From: Amphiscolops sp. MND2022
Lineage: Eukaryota
NCBI GenBank assembly: GCA_964187785.1
Contig: OZ076409.1
Span: 41,852,001-41,916,000 of the forward strand
DNA: 64,000 nt
Reading direction: 5' to 3'
Position numbers and translations under genes: made by a program
Part shown: positions 52,737 through 63,658 of the stretch, one piece after another
How positions within the stretch are numbered: position 1 is the first letter of the stretch
How the letters are laid out: the number at the start of each line of letters is the position of its first letter
Notes under the pieces: model-generated
Databases searched by the model: none
Seen by the model: only the letters and a program-made list of their open reading frames with translations
Told to the model about the DNA's origin: nothing

Positions 52737-53726
52737 CTAAAAAGGATCAGTTTGTGGACTAAACACCTGGTATTGCGGATTAGATTCATTACATATCATA
52801 TACTTACTCCCATTTTTATCTTCTAACCTATTTATTAATAAATAATTATACTTATCCCGCCATGCTTCTTTACACAAACTTTTGAATTCATCATAAGACA
52901 TATCAAAACCAGCAATATCTCTATAAATGTGTTCAACATCTTTCAATGTTTGTTGAAATAAAATTATAATATTACTATTGTTTCTAATTGTTCTTTTAGG
53001 TAAATCAAAGTATGACTGTGATAAATAATAAACATCTAAATCATCATGTCTTCCTCTAGTAGAAAATGGATCTATTAATTTCTGTGAAGTGTCCAACATA
53101 TCATCAAATACAACACAACAATTTTGAAAATCTTGTATTGTTCTATCTTCTAGATCTTCGTCCACTGAAATATTTTCTATTTCTGTATTTGTATATTGTC
53201 CCGGAGATCTAATTATTATATGTATTTGTTTTTCTTTATCATATAATCGAATTAATTGTAATTTGTTTAATAACAAATGGGTCTTACCACAAAATGATGG
53301 GCCAACTATCAATGTCCTATTACAATTATTATCAATATTATCATTATCATCATTTGTAATGATATTATTTGTATGATTATTATTATCATAATTTTCATTA
53401 TGATTTATAATTTCATTATTTGTATAATTATTTTTATCATGATTTTCATTATGATTTATAATTTCATTATTTGTGTAATTATTATTATCATGATTGATAA
53501 TACATCTTTTTAAATGTTTTGATAAACAAGTTTTATTGAATTCCTTATTACAGAATTCACATTTTACGTTTTTATTGAAACATTCTATACATGTACTATA
53601 CAATTTATCATTTTTATATTTGTAAAAATCTGTTTTCAGTATATTACACACTTTACATCTTTTTTTATTCTCACAATCGGAACAGACAGATTTTTCATTA
53701 CTTTTTCCACAAATTATACACTTCAT
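52737..53726 (-). CDS. A32/FtsK-type packaging ATPase 1 with N-terminal Cys-rich region and Asn-rich linker
   Basis: Walker A GPSFCGKT, Walker B VVFDD, TRGRH..YLSQSYF..TIRNN; ORF open. Confidence 0.93.
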   Translation of the reverse strand: MKCIICGKSNEKSVCSDCENKKRCKVCNILKTDFYKYKNDKLYSTCIECFNKNVKCEFCNKEFNKTCLSKHLKRCIINHDNNNYTNNEIINHNENHDKNNYTNNEIINHNENYDNNNHTNNIITNDDNDNIDNNCNRTLIVGPSFCGKTHLLLNKLQLIRLYDKEKQIHIIIRSPGQYTNTEIENISVDEDLEDRTIQDFQNCCVVFDDMLDTSQKLIDPFSTRGRHDDLDVYYLSQSYFDLPKRTIRNNSNIIILFQQTLKDVEHIYRDIAGFDMSYDEFKSLCKEAWRDKYNYLLINRLEDKNGSKYMICNESNPQYQVFSPQTDPF

Positions 53727-53732
53727 TTATTC

Positions 53733-53846
53733 AGTAAAAATCACTAAATCACTAAGCAAATTCACTACGGGCATATCTTCTTAAGTGTAACTTCTTTGCT
53801 TAGTGACAAAAAAATGCTCTTAGTGAATTTGCTTAGTGATTTTACT
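53733..53846. repeat. Intergenic inverted repeat between the two ATPase genes
   Basis: AAATCACTAAGCAAATTCACTA (53746-53767) / TAGTGAATTTGCTTAGTGATTT (53821-53842), perfect 22-bp arms with imperfect extensions. Confidence 0.85.
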
Positions 53847-53890
53847 AAGAAAATTACTAAGAAATCGAACCCATTTTTTGGGTAATTATT

Positions 53891-54928
53891 TCATTTTAAT
53901 GTATTTGCGATGCCAGCTTTACTACCGTAACTAATTGCTTGTTCCATTATAATATTCTGAAATTCCTGTTTAAGTGAGTCTGAAATAAGTGGTTGTTGCA
54001 TTCTATCGATGTAATTGTCTATTTTAGATTCATTTACTTTAATTTTATTTTGTTTACAATAATATACATAATAATAAGCTACATTAAAAGGTGTTATTTC
54101 ACTTGTTTGATCTGACATATCTTCTAGGAATATTTTAAGTTTATTATATTCTTCACCTGTAAAGAATTAACTTTCATATTTTACATAATCCTCTGGACCC
54201 CATTTATGTTTAGTTGTATCGTAGACTAGTTGGTATTTGTGATTGAGTATTTTATACTTTTGTGATCTAGTATCAAATTCAATTACACCAAATTCTAATT
54301 GGTCATGATATTGTTTCCAATTAAGTTGTTTGATACTATAACAACTCATCATTGTTTCGAAAAATGTATCTGGACTATTTATTGTGATATATAACTTAAA
54401 ACAATTTTCTCTAACAACAAGTAGAACATCCTTTGAATAATGTGCTTAACTAATAAGATAAATAACTTGTATATTATGATGTCTTCCAAACCGGAATAAG
54501 TTTTCTACGTTTGTTTTGAGTTGCTTATAAGCACCCGCATCATCTAAAATGATTGTTTTATCAGCAAGTGATTCAATGTTAATATTTTGTAACTGCAACA
54601 ATTGTATAAATCTACCCGGGAACTCGGCTTCATCTCTACCGAATACTATAAAATCGCTTTTAGTTTGATCTAAATAATACTTCAGGAAACTAGTCTTACC
54701 TGATCCACTAGTACCATACACCAAAAAATGACAATTGGTATTTGTGATTGGTTTGACTTGTGGCTCGTCTTTTGGTTGATCAGTTAGATGGGACTTTTTA
54801 AATCCCTTGAATTGTTTTAGTTTTTGGTGTATTTTTTCGTAATGTCTAGGTCTAATATAATACCAATAAATATATAAAACTATAATAACAATTACACATA
54901 ATAAACCTATATAAAATTTTTTATTCAT
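53891..54928 (-). pseudogene. Second A32/FtsK-type ATPase with N-terminal transmembrane helix (346 codons, 2 in-frame stops)
   Basis: ORFs 54446-54928, 54167-54352 and 53891-54118 share one frame; GTSGSGKT, IILDD, FRFGRHHNIQVIYL..HY..VREN; hydrophobic FYIGLLCVIVIIVLYIYWYYI. Confidence 0.88.
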
Positions 54929-54942
54929 TTATTAGGAAATAA

Positions 54943-55797
54943 ATGAGTGAAAAGATGAAAGAAATCACTAAAGAAATATTCTCTCCTGTAATCAAGAAGT
55001 TTCAAAGAATTCAAATACAAACTCACTATAAAGATGAGTGTTGGAGTATCGATCTGATAGACAGGTCTAGCTTAGCAAAATACAACAAAAACTACAAATT
55101 TTTTTTTACAATAATTGACAATCCTACTAAATATGCATGGGCAATTCCTCTTAAAGATAAATCAGGAAAAAGTACAACAACTGCATCTAAAAGTCTTATT
55201 GAAAAAGCAAAAAGAAAACCTGATAAAATTTGGTCAGATAGAGGTAAAGAGTTTTATAATAAAACATTTTTGGATTTTCTTAAACAAAATGAAATTCAAA
55301 TTTATTCAACTAATTCAGATTTAAAAGCTGTTTTTGTTGAACGATTCAATAGCACATTTCTGGACTTAATCAAAGAACCCATGTACATTGAAGGAAAATC
55401 TTGTTGGTTGAATCATCTTGATGCTGCTTTACAAAAGTATAATAATCGTGTCCATGGTACAACAAAAATGACACCTTTTGAAGCTAATAATCAACCAATA
55501 GATCCACCTACTTTTGTTAATAAACCGGAACAACCCAAATTCCAAGTGGGAGACCATGTAAGAGTTCCTGATAAACGCAATTTATATAGTAAAGGTTACA
55601 CAACAACTTGGAATAGAGAACTTTTTAAAATACATAAAATTAATCCAACTAACCCAGTTACGTATGGTTTAGTAGATGAAAACAACGAACAAATAGAAGG
55701 AAAATATTATGAACAAGAACTTTTAAGAAGTATATTCAACTATAAATCTCACAACAAAACGTTAGAAAGTATGAATATTTTCCACCAGTATGGGTAA
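54943..55797 (+). CDS. Retroviral-type (rve, DDE) integrase without chromodomain
   Basis: WSIDLID, IWSDRGKEF, VERFN; KFQVGDHVRV..KGYTTTW C-terminal domain. Confidence 0.95.
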   Translation: MSEKMKEITKEIFSPVIKKFQRIQIQTHYKDECWSIDLIDRSSLAKYNKNYKFFFTIIDNPTKYAWAIPLKDKSGKSTTTASKSLIEKAKRKPDKIWSDRGKEFYNKTFLDFLKQNEIQIYSTNSDLKAVFVERFNSTFLDLIKEPMYIEGKSCWLNHLDAALQKYNNRVHGTTKMTPFEANNQPIDPPTFVNKPEQPKFQVGDHVRVPDKRNLYSKGYTTTWNRELFKIHKINPTNPVTYGLVDENNEQIEGKYYEQELLRSIFNYKSHNKTLESMNIFHQYG

Positions 55798-55814
55798 TTA
55801 TATTTAAATAAATA

Positions 55815-56531
55815 ATGTCAATTCATAAATTTGGTTATAGTGCCGGAAGCTTACAAAAAGATAAGATTGAGAATTTAGATAAAGAATTGGAATCACAAAC
55901 CAAATTAATCAACTTAAAACTTAATGATATGCAAAGCACCATAAATGGTATGACTGATAACCTACAAAATACCGAATTGCGTGTACAAGAAGTTAATTTT
56001 GATGATGGTGAAATCAAGGTAGTAGTCAATGCAAAGTTATTCTTAGACATAAATATAAATATAGAAGACTTGAAAATCAACCTGAAGTACTTAGAACAAG
56101 ATGTTAAAAATAAATTTTTAGAAAAGAAAAAAGAAAAAATTTTGGATGCTGCCAAGTTAGTGGACGAACAACAAACCATTTTACGTAATCATTTCGAGAG
56201 AAACCTTATTTCGGAATTGGAAAAATGTAAAAATCAAGCAGTCAAAGATACTATACAGTTACTATACAACAAAGGATTGTTTGACTCATTTGAAAATAAA
56301 GACCAAATCTTTAATGAGTACTTATATTTTCATGATGAATACTTGTTGGAAAAATACGGAAAAGAAATAAAGACATCAGATGGTGTGTAATATTTATCAG
56401 ACTTGGACTATTCAACGCGAGAAGATATTTTGAAGTGCTTAAATATAGATGAATACAAAGATATTGTTGATCTTAATTATAGAATGAAACTAACCGATAC
56501 TGAGACAACCTTTATACTTTTTAAAGACTAA
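55815..56531 (+). pseudogene. Coiled-coil hypothetical protein, probable premature stop at 56388
   Basis: 191-aa ORF; the frame stays open for 46 more codons to TAA 56529-56531; N-terminal MSIHKFG. Confidence 0.6.
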
Positions 56532-56565
56532 TTACTTTATAAATTAAGTTTTTATTTAAAGTTAA

Positions 56566-57087
56566 ATGAGTGAAAAATTGTACCCTTGTTTACAACCAAG
56601 TGATAGTCTTGATCTTAGAACAAAAGAAATAAATAGTTTTAATAATTCAATTCAAAATATAAAAGATATTCAAAATTTTTATAATCATGAAGCTAAAAAG
56701 TATAAAAAGAAATCTAAAACATATAAAATTATAAACGGTTTGATTCAATCTATTGATGGAGTTTCAGTACTAGCAGTATCATCAACATGTGTCACGTTGA
56801 GTGTCACAGGAGTTGGACTTGTTGTTGTACCTATAGCAAGTGGTATAGGTGCAGGTTTATGTATATTTAGTAAAATTGCTGGAAAGTACCTGAAAAGAGA
56901 AGAACAACACAATATTAAAAAATATACTCTTGCTGGAAGAACACTACATGATTTCTGTAAACTACATTCAAAATGTTTAGCAGACAATAAAATTGATCTG
57001 AATGAATACAACAAATTAAAACAAACTTACGATCTATATAAAACAAATAAAACTAAATCAAATTCTGAGTTTACTTTTTTAGGATAA
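56566..57087 (+). CDS. Membrane protein with hydrophobic hairpin and N-terminal LYPxL motif
   Basis: MSEKLYPCL; basic helix followed by VSVLAVSSTCVTLSVTGVGLVVVPIASGIGAGLCIFS. Confidence 0.75.
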   Translation: MSEKLYPCLQPSDSLDLRTKEINSFNNSIQNIKDIQNFYNHEAKKYKKKSKTYKIINGLIQSIDGVSVLAVSSTCVTLSVTGVGLVVVPIASGIGAGLCIFSKIAGKYLKREEQHNIKKYTLAGRTLHDFCKLHSKCLADNKIDLNEYNKLKQTYDLYKTNKTKSNSEFTFLG

Positions 57088-57155
57088 ATTTATTTAGTAG
57101 AAATAAAATCAGTATAAATTTTAAATCATCATCATGAATATTTATTCTTTTATAA

Positions 57156-58395
57156 ATGGAATTATTTTCTTTGAAAAATAAATATGCTATGGATAAACCA
57201 ATTCATAAAATTGATTTTATTAAATACTTACCTGGTAGTTTAGCTACAATCAACAACAATAATTCAAATATTTCCATCATCTTCCCAAGAGAAGATGCAT
57301 ATATTTGTTTACAAAACTCATATATATCATTAGAATTTGAAGTTCTTAAAAATGATGATACAAGATATGCAGATGGTGATCAAATAAGCTTGGTCAACTT
57401 TGGACCTGTTGCTTTATTTAGTGAAGTTAAGTTAACTACTAGTTCAGGTAAACATTTAGAAAAGGTTAATAGATAAAAGATAATCTACACCCAATTTCAT
57501 TGATGTATAAACTTTTAACATCTAATCAACAAACAAGTCAATTGATGTACGGATTTGAAGAATCACAAGCAACTAGAAGACAAGAACTAACAAATAATAA
57601 AACAGAGAAAGGAACCTTTTTTGTTAGAATAAAATTAACTGATATATTTGGATTTGCTGATCAAGAAAAATAACTTATGGATTGGGTTATACTCTAACTT
57701 TAAAACGAAATAATCATAATGATCCTATCATCAGGGACAATGGTGTAGATGCTGCAAAAATAAATATAAAAGACATCTCCTGGTACATTCCACACTACAC
57801 ACCATCAATGGAAAACCAACAACTCGTGATGGATCAAATAATAGACAAAGATCCAACTGAACTGTATTATATTGAACGAGTTGTTTTTAGAATAGATGAT
57901 AACACGAATAATTCGTGGACATTTGAATTAGGTAACAGTGGAGAATCGACACCAAGTTTTATAATTGTTGGATTTCAAGCTAGAAATAAAGTTGATTCAC
58001 AAACACGTGATGATGCAATATTTGATAGGTTACCTGTTTCAAATGCAGTTTGTAAAATAGGATCAGAAAAATATCCCGATGATGGAATAGAATGTGACTA
58101 CAACCGGGATAAGTATGATCAAGCATACAGTGAAATTGAAAACTTCTATTTGTTAAAAAGTGAAACTAATCTACTCAATCCATTTATTGATTTGCACAAA
58201 TTCAGGACAAATTATAATTTTTATGTATTTGACTTATTCAAACAAGATGATAATATTGCGAGTCAACCTATTAGATTAGAATTTAAACTTGATGCTGCCA
58301 TTAATGTAGCAGACTATATAGCTTATGCCCTAGTCCTAACACCCAAGCTGATAAGTATCAGCAGTGATGGACAAAAGCATTTTGATTTATTATAG
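57156..58395 (+). pseudogene. Major capsid protein (double jelly-roll), two frameshifts
   Basis: REDAYICLQNSYISLEF, PVALFSEVKL, SWYIPHYTPS, PSFIIVGFQ, IGSEKYP, FYVFDL; apparent 11-bp insertion at ~57468 and 1-bp loss at ~57668; about 410 aa reconstructed. Confidence 0.85.
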
Positions 58396-58521
58396 ATAAA
58401 TATAATAATTTAAAAATAATATTATATATATATATATAAAAGGGTATCAGAGATTCCTTATTCAAAAAATATAATAAATAAATTTTAAAATAATATTTTT
58501 ATTTTTATAAATTAAATATAA

Positions 58522-61500
58522 TTATAAAACATGTGCTCGATCACTTATCAACTTCACAAGTTGTTGATGGGTTAGATTTTCTTTTTGGTACCAAATATTC
58601 AATAAATTTCTTCATCTGTTTTCTTGCTACCGTCATCATTTATAATTAAATTTTTATAATACAAACCAATTAATTTCAAACAATATATACAAGGACAATC
58701 ACCTTTTTGTGTGTGTTTATCCCATGGTAAACTTTTTATTGGATTTATATACAAACGTTTATCATCAAAAGGATTCAAACACGACTTAGGTTGTTTTTCA
58801 ACTGTAAGGTTGTGTAAATTAGATCTAATTGATATATTTGTAGAACTTGATGTTTCTGACTTAAACAATGAATTTTTGTAGTGTTCACATTTGGGAGCTT
58901 TTTGTATTCCTTTTTGTTTCGCTTTTTGAATACTATTGTAACTAAAAGAATATGACTTTGATCGCAATGCTGTGAAGGTATCTAACACCAAAACTGGACT
59001 TGTTTCAATTTTCATTTTTCCTATAACTTTTTTGTTAATAGGATCATATAATTCATCACTTGGGTGTAATTCACTGAAATCAATTTCATCTTTGTTTTCT
59101 TGTAAAAAGTTTATTAGTTCTTGGTGGTTTGTATCAAAACTCAGAATAAAACTATCATTGTCCATGTAGTGTAGTTGTATGGATTGTTTCCAATATGGTT
59201 GTAATTTGTTATAATAAAATTCATACATTAATAGTTTTGATAGTTCTAAAACTGTAAAACCTAAATAAATTGGTTTATCAAAGACTCTTTTTTCTTTATC
59301 AAACTTGTACACACTAAACTTAGAATAATGATCCACAAGCCTTTGAAACTTAACTTGGATTGTCTTTTTATTATTTGATCTATTTGAGAATGATCAATGA
59401 ATTCTAGATTGGTTCTATCTCTTACATTTTCCATAGTCTTCCCAAAAAAAGCATTATTCATTAATTTATAAAGATCCTTTTCAAAGTTTGTTTTCGCTAC
59501 TGTGCGTTTCTGAGTATTATGATCGATATATTTACCTAACCATGGACTTTGTTTAAACTTATAGATAGTATGTATCTTCGTTACTTTCATCCCTTGGTTA
59601 AGATAAAACTTAAACATCCTATAATGTATCATATTTTTCGATTTATTGGTTACATCACACATAAGTTTTGGGGTTGGTTTGTAATTAGGTTGATTTACAT
59701 TATTCATATAAGCTGAGAATAAGTCTGGATCTGCTTTTGTTTGATACGGACAAAAAGGAAAATTTTTTGTTTTTTCTTTAATTTCTGCTGGATATTCTAA
59801 ATCACATTCAATGAAGTAACCATATTCACTATCATCAGGTATTTGTAATAAATCTTCTACTAATTGATCTTGTGAGTAGTTTTCTGGAAGTTGTAGTTTT
59901 TCGAATTCGCCTGTAGGAAGATATTGACTCATTGCCCATCCATATAGATTATTTGCATCGATATATAAGATTTGTTTATTTTCATCAGATTGCACGTGAC
60001 GATCACCCATAACACTTGAAATTCCTCCACGGATATTATTTTCAAGTAGTAGAAGTAGGTTTTTATCTTTTATAAAGTTTAACTTTATATTAGTCAACTT
60101 CAAACCTGCTTTCCATGTATAACCAGGTAGAGAGTAACTATACAAAGCATTAATTTTATATTCTCGTGTAGAACTTTCCACAAAGTTTTCAAAAACATCA
60201 GCTAATTGAAGAACATCCATTTTTAAATATAACATTTTTAATTCTCTTCCATTTTAATTTTATTTTTATCAATTAATTCTTGGGTTCTTTTTATATCATC
60301 ATCTGATGGATAAGATTGTGTTAATGTTGACCAATAATCTTCTTTGGTTAGATTCAATGGTTCCTGAAAGTTATCAAAATTTAAGTATTCATATGGATAA
60401 GCTAATTTCTTTTTAAATAATTTGTTTTTAAATCCATTTTCATCCATTATTGGGAAACTGTCTAAACTCTTAACTAATTTATCTAAACTACTACTTAGAA
60501 AACGGTATGAATCCAGGAAACGTAAGCAACCTACTTGAATTGATACATAATTTTCCATTGACTTTGGGATTATTTTTGGTTCATACCCCTTTTCGAAAGC
60601 TTGTATTAAGAGTTCTTGAAATATAAGATGACAATCATACCCAGAGAAGTTGTGGAAAAATATAGGAACAAAACTTGATGACCTTTGTTTACAATTTATG
60701 TTACATATATTATGAGCTGCTCCTCTGTATTTTCCTGTTAGATGATCATGATCTCTTACCTTATCTTCTGTAAAAGGCTCTTCACAAAGCCAACACTCTT
60801 CTGCAAGTTTGAATGATTCTTCTTCTTCAGGAGTTATTTGTAATTCTAAGTTTGTTTTAAAATATTTATTTGCTTCTAGTTCTTATTTTAACATTTCCTT
60901 TACAAACCACTTGGTACAATCTGTTCCAAAGTATGAGCTGTACTTGTTTCCAAATGGTGAAACTACATAAAAGCCTACTGCAATTGGAATTTAGTTAAAT
61001 AATACTTTGGGGTTATTTTGAGGTTGATTGATACATTCGAAATCAGCATATACTCTTATTGGTACAGGAACTTTCATATAATAATCTTCGAACTTCAACT
61101 GATCCTTCCAACTGAATGTGATTTTAGTTGGTTGCTGTTTTTGACAACGATCTATATGATCAATTAGAACTGGTTGTGAACTAAATGCTGTTAAACATCT
61201 TCTACACACCCATCGCATGTGTCAATCTTTATTTATTAGACAATGTAACCTTGTTATTAGACAATAGTGATTCTCATACAATAACAAATCTATTTGTGGT
61301 TGTAAGTAATTTTTGTTAACGTGGATTGGTGTTAAAACATTTCCAGTGAGTTCAAATACATTTATGTTTAAATTATTTAAGTTTTCGAACTTGAGAATAT
61401 CTTTAATTTTCATGGGGAATTCTAAACCATTTAAAATGAGTTTGTTCGTGTGCATTGAATAACTTGATGTTCTATTTTTATGATCCTCAACGGGAAAAAG

Positions 61501-62282
61501 GTGTGCTAGGATGCACCACAAAAAGCAAAATTGATCATCATTTTTTATATTCATAATTGATTTATTATTCTTATACTTTTCTGGCAACTCAATGTATGAA
61601 GATGCTTGAATATCATTAATTTTATATATTTCTAATATAACTTCTTCTATTTCTTGAAATTGAAAACCTGATCCTTCTAATTGTTCATCATCTAGTTTCT
61701 GCATTAATGTGTTATGAGTATCTTGTTGTGTACCGGATTGCAAGTGATTATATATTAAATCTGATTTTATCCATCTTTTAAATACTTCTTCTTCTCCATT
61801 GACTATTTTTGAAAATTTAGCTAGATATCTCAATTGATATTAATATCGGGGAAAATAATTTTTACTAAGTAAGTCATTTATGTTATGATCAAGATTTTCA
61901 GTTGGATTTATTTTAAGTTTAATGTATGTATTTTCATTCATAATTATTTCTACTCCATTACCGAAGGTGTTTTGTATACCGAAGGTGCTTTGCATATTGT
62001 TTTGTTGACGGTTTTGACGGTTTTGTAAATGAATTTCACTTTGGAAATGTCTTGTTTTATCAGATATATATCTATTACAATCTTCACACCAAACACGTCG
62101 TTGTTCGGTTTTATTTTTATGTTCATCTGAATTTAGATGACTAGACTTACCTGATAAGGGCATATATAAATTACAATTTTTACAATAATATTGCTTAATT
62201 TTTTTTGATGACCTATTGAATTTATATGATCGGATTTATAAGCTTTTTTATAATCAGAATTACAGATACTACAATTCTCCAT
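58522..62282 (-). pseudogene. Protein-primed family B DNA polymerase (pPolB) with N-terminal zinc fingers, OTU-like protease and EndoVII insert
   Basis: ExoI VYADFEC, ExoII FHNFSGYD, PolA YIDANNLYGWAM, PolB KLMNNAFFGKT, PolC YMDNDS; at least 8 stops or frameshifts. Confidence 0.95.
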
Positions 62283-62356
62283 TTCCTTTTATTAAGGAAA
62301 AAATAGTTTAATTAAAATTTTTCAATATGTCTTTTTTAAAAAAAATGTTTTTTTTT

Positions 62357-63142
62357 ATTTTTCTCACCTGTGGGTTCAAGATGAAAAAATTTGTTAGGAA
62401 CAAAATTTGTTCATATTTTAGATGTCTCCAATTTTATTTACTGACTTTTCACGGTAGGACCAACCAGTCTTGAGAAAAATGCGAAAAACCATATTTTCAC
62501 ACCTGTTTTCTCACCTGGTAATCAGTGGGTCCAAGATACAGAAAACTTTCTTCCAGAAAAAAGTTTGTCTTGTTATTGTCTATAACTTTGATTTTCTGCG
62601 TCGGCATTGTAGGATGACTCAATTTCGAGAAAATTGAGAAAAACCAATTTTTCACACCTGTTGGGGCAGGTGGTAATCAGTGGGTTTTCAGTAACGAGCT
62701 GAATTTTGGTGAGTAGATTTCTTTTCTGATGCACTACATTTTTGTTCCCATGAGTCATCACGCTAAAACTAACGGTTGAGCGAGTTCCTTTGATCTTGCA
62801 AGTTTCAAGGTCAACCCTGATCTCAACACCTGTTCGGGTCACATACAAGCTGAGTATACCATAAGAAAGATCATATATGAGAGTGGACCTAATTTACAAC
62901 TGTTACTAGTCTTACTCCAACCGTTTTCGTGAAAATTGAGAAAAACCATTTTTTCACACCTGTTAGGGCAGGTGATAATCAGTGGGTCCAAGATACAGAA
63001 AATATTCTTTTTGAAAAAAGTGTATCTTGGTATTGTTTACAATTTTGATCTCCTATGTCATTTCGCTGGGAAGAGTCATTCTCGAGAAATTGGGGAAAAA
63101 CCCTATTTTCACACCTTTTTTGGCACCTGGTAATCAGTGGGT
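62357..63142. repeat. ~155-bp-period diverged tandem array upstream of pPolB
   Basis: Core TTTTCACACCTGTT..(CACCTG/CAGGTG)GTAATCAGTGGGT ending at 62530, 62685, 62987, 63142; partial cores ending at 62375 and 62839. Confidence 0.85.
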
Positions 63143-63658
63143 TACTTTTAGAGGACACCCTTAAGAACAAATTTTGTGTAATTTTTAATTTTCTACAACT
63201 TTTATTTCTAATGTTTTTCTCAAAAATGATTTCCTGTTGAGATATTGAACAAAAAATGTTTTCCCATGTATTAAGATTAGGTATAATTCACTAAGTCATG
63301 AAATAACTCGCTTGGAATTTATACTCGGTGAAACAAAAAGGCAAACCAAAATTCAAACCAAAACTCAAACCAAAACCAAAATTCAAATAATTTCAGAAAT
63401 TATCAGAATTTCCGATTTGGTTTAAATGCTTTGATCTACTTTCATGTTTCTCGAGTGTGAAATGTCATTTTGTCATCACTGCACACTTCACTGCAAAAAT
63501 GAATTGAATTGCACATGTTACACTTTTAAGCCAGCGTTGCTGTAATTCAATCCAAAAAATTTTTGCTACACAAACTTTCTCTATTACCATAATGGAGGTT
63601 AGTGAATTTTTGCTTCATGACAAAATTGTTTATTAATAAATTTTGCTCATTGATTTTT

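Noticed and set aside
62357..63142. Repeat-spacer (CRISPR-like) reading of the Polinton array
   Set aside because: Inter-core segments are homologous to each other (e.g. 62531-62626 vs 62988-63083), so it is a diverged tandem repeat.
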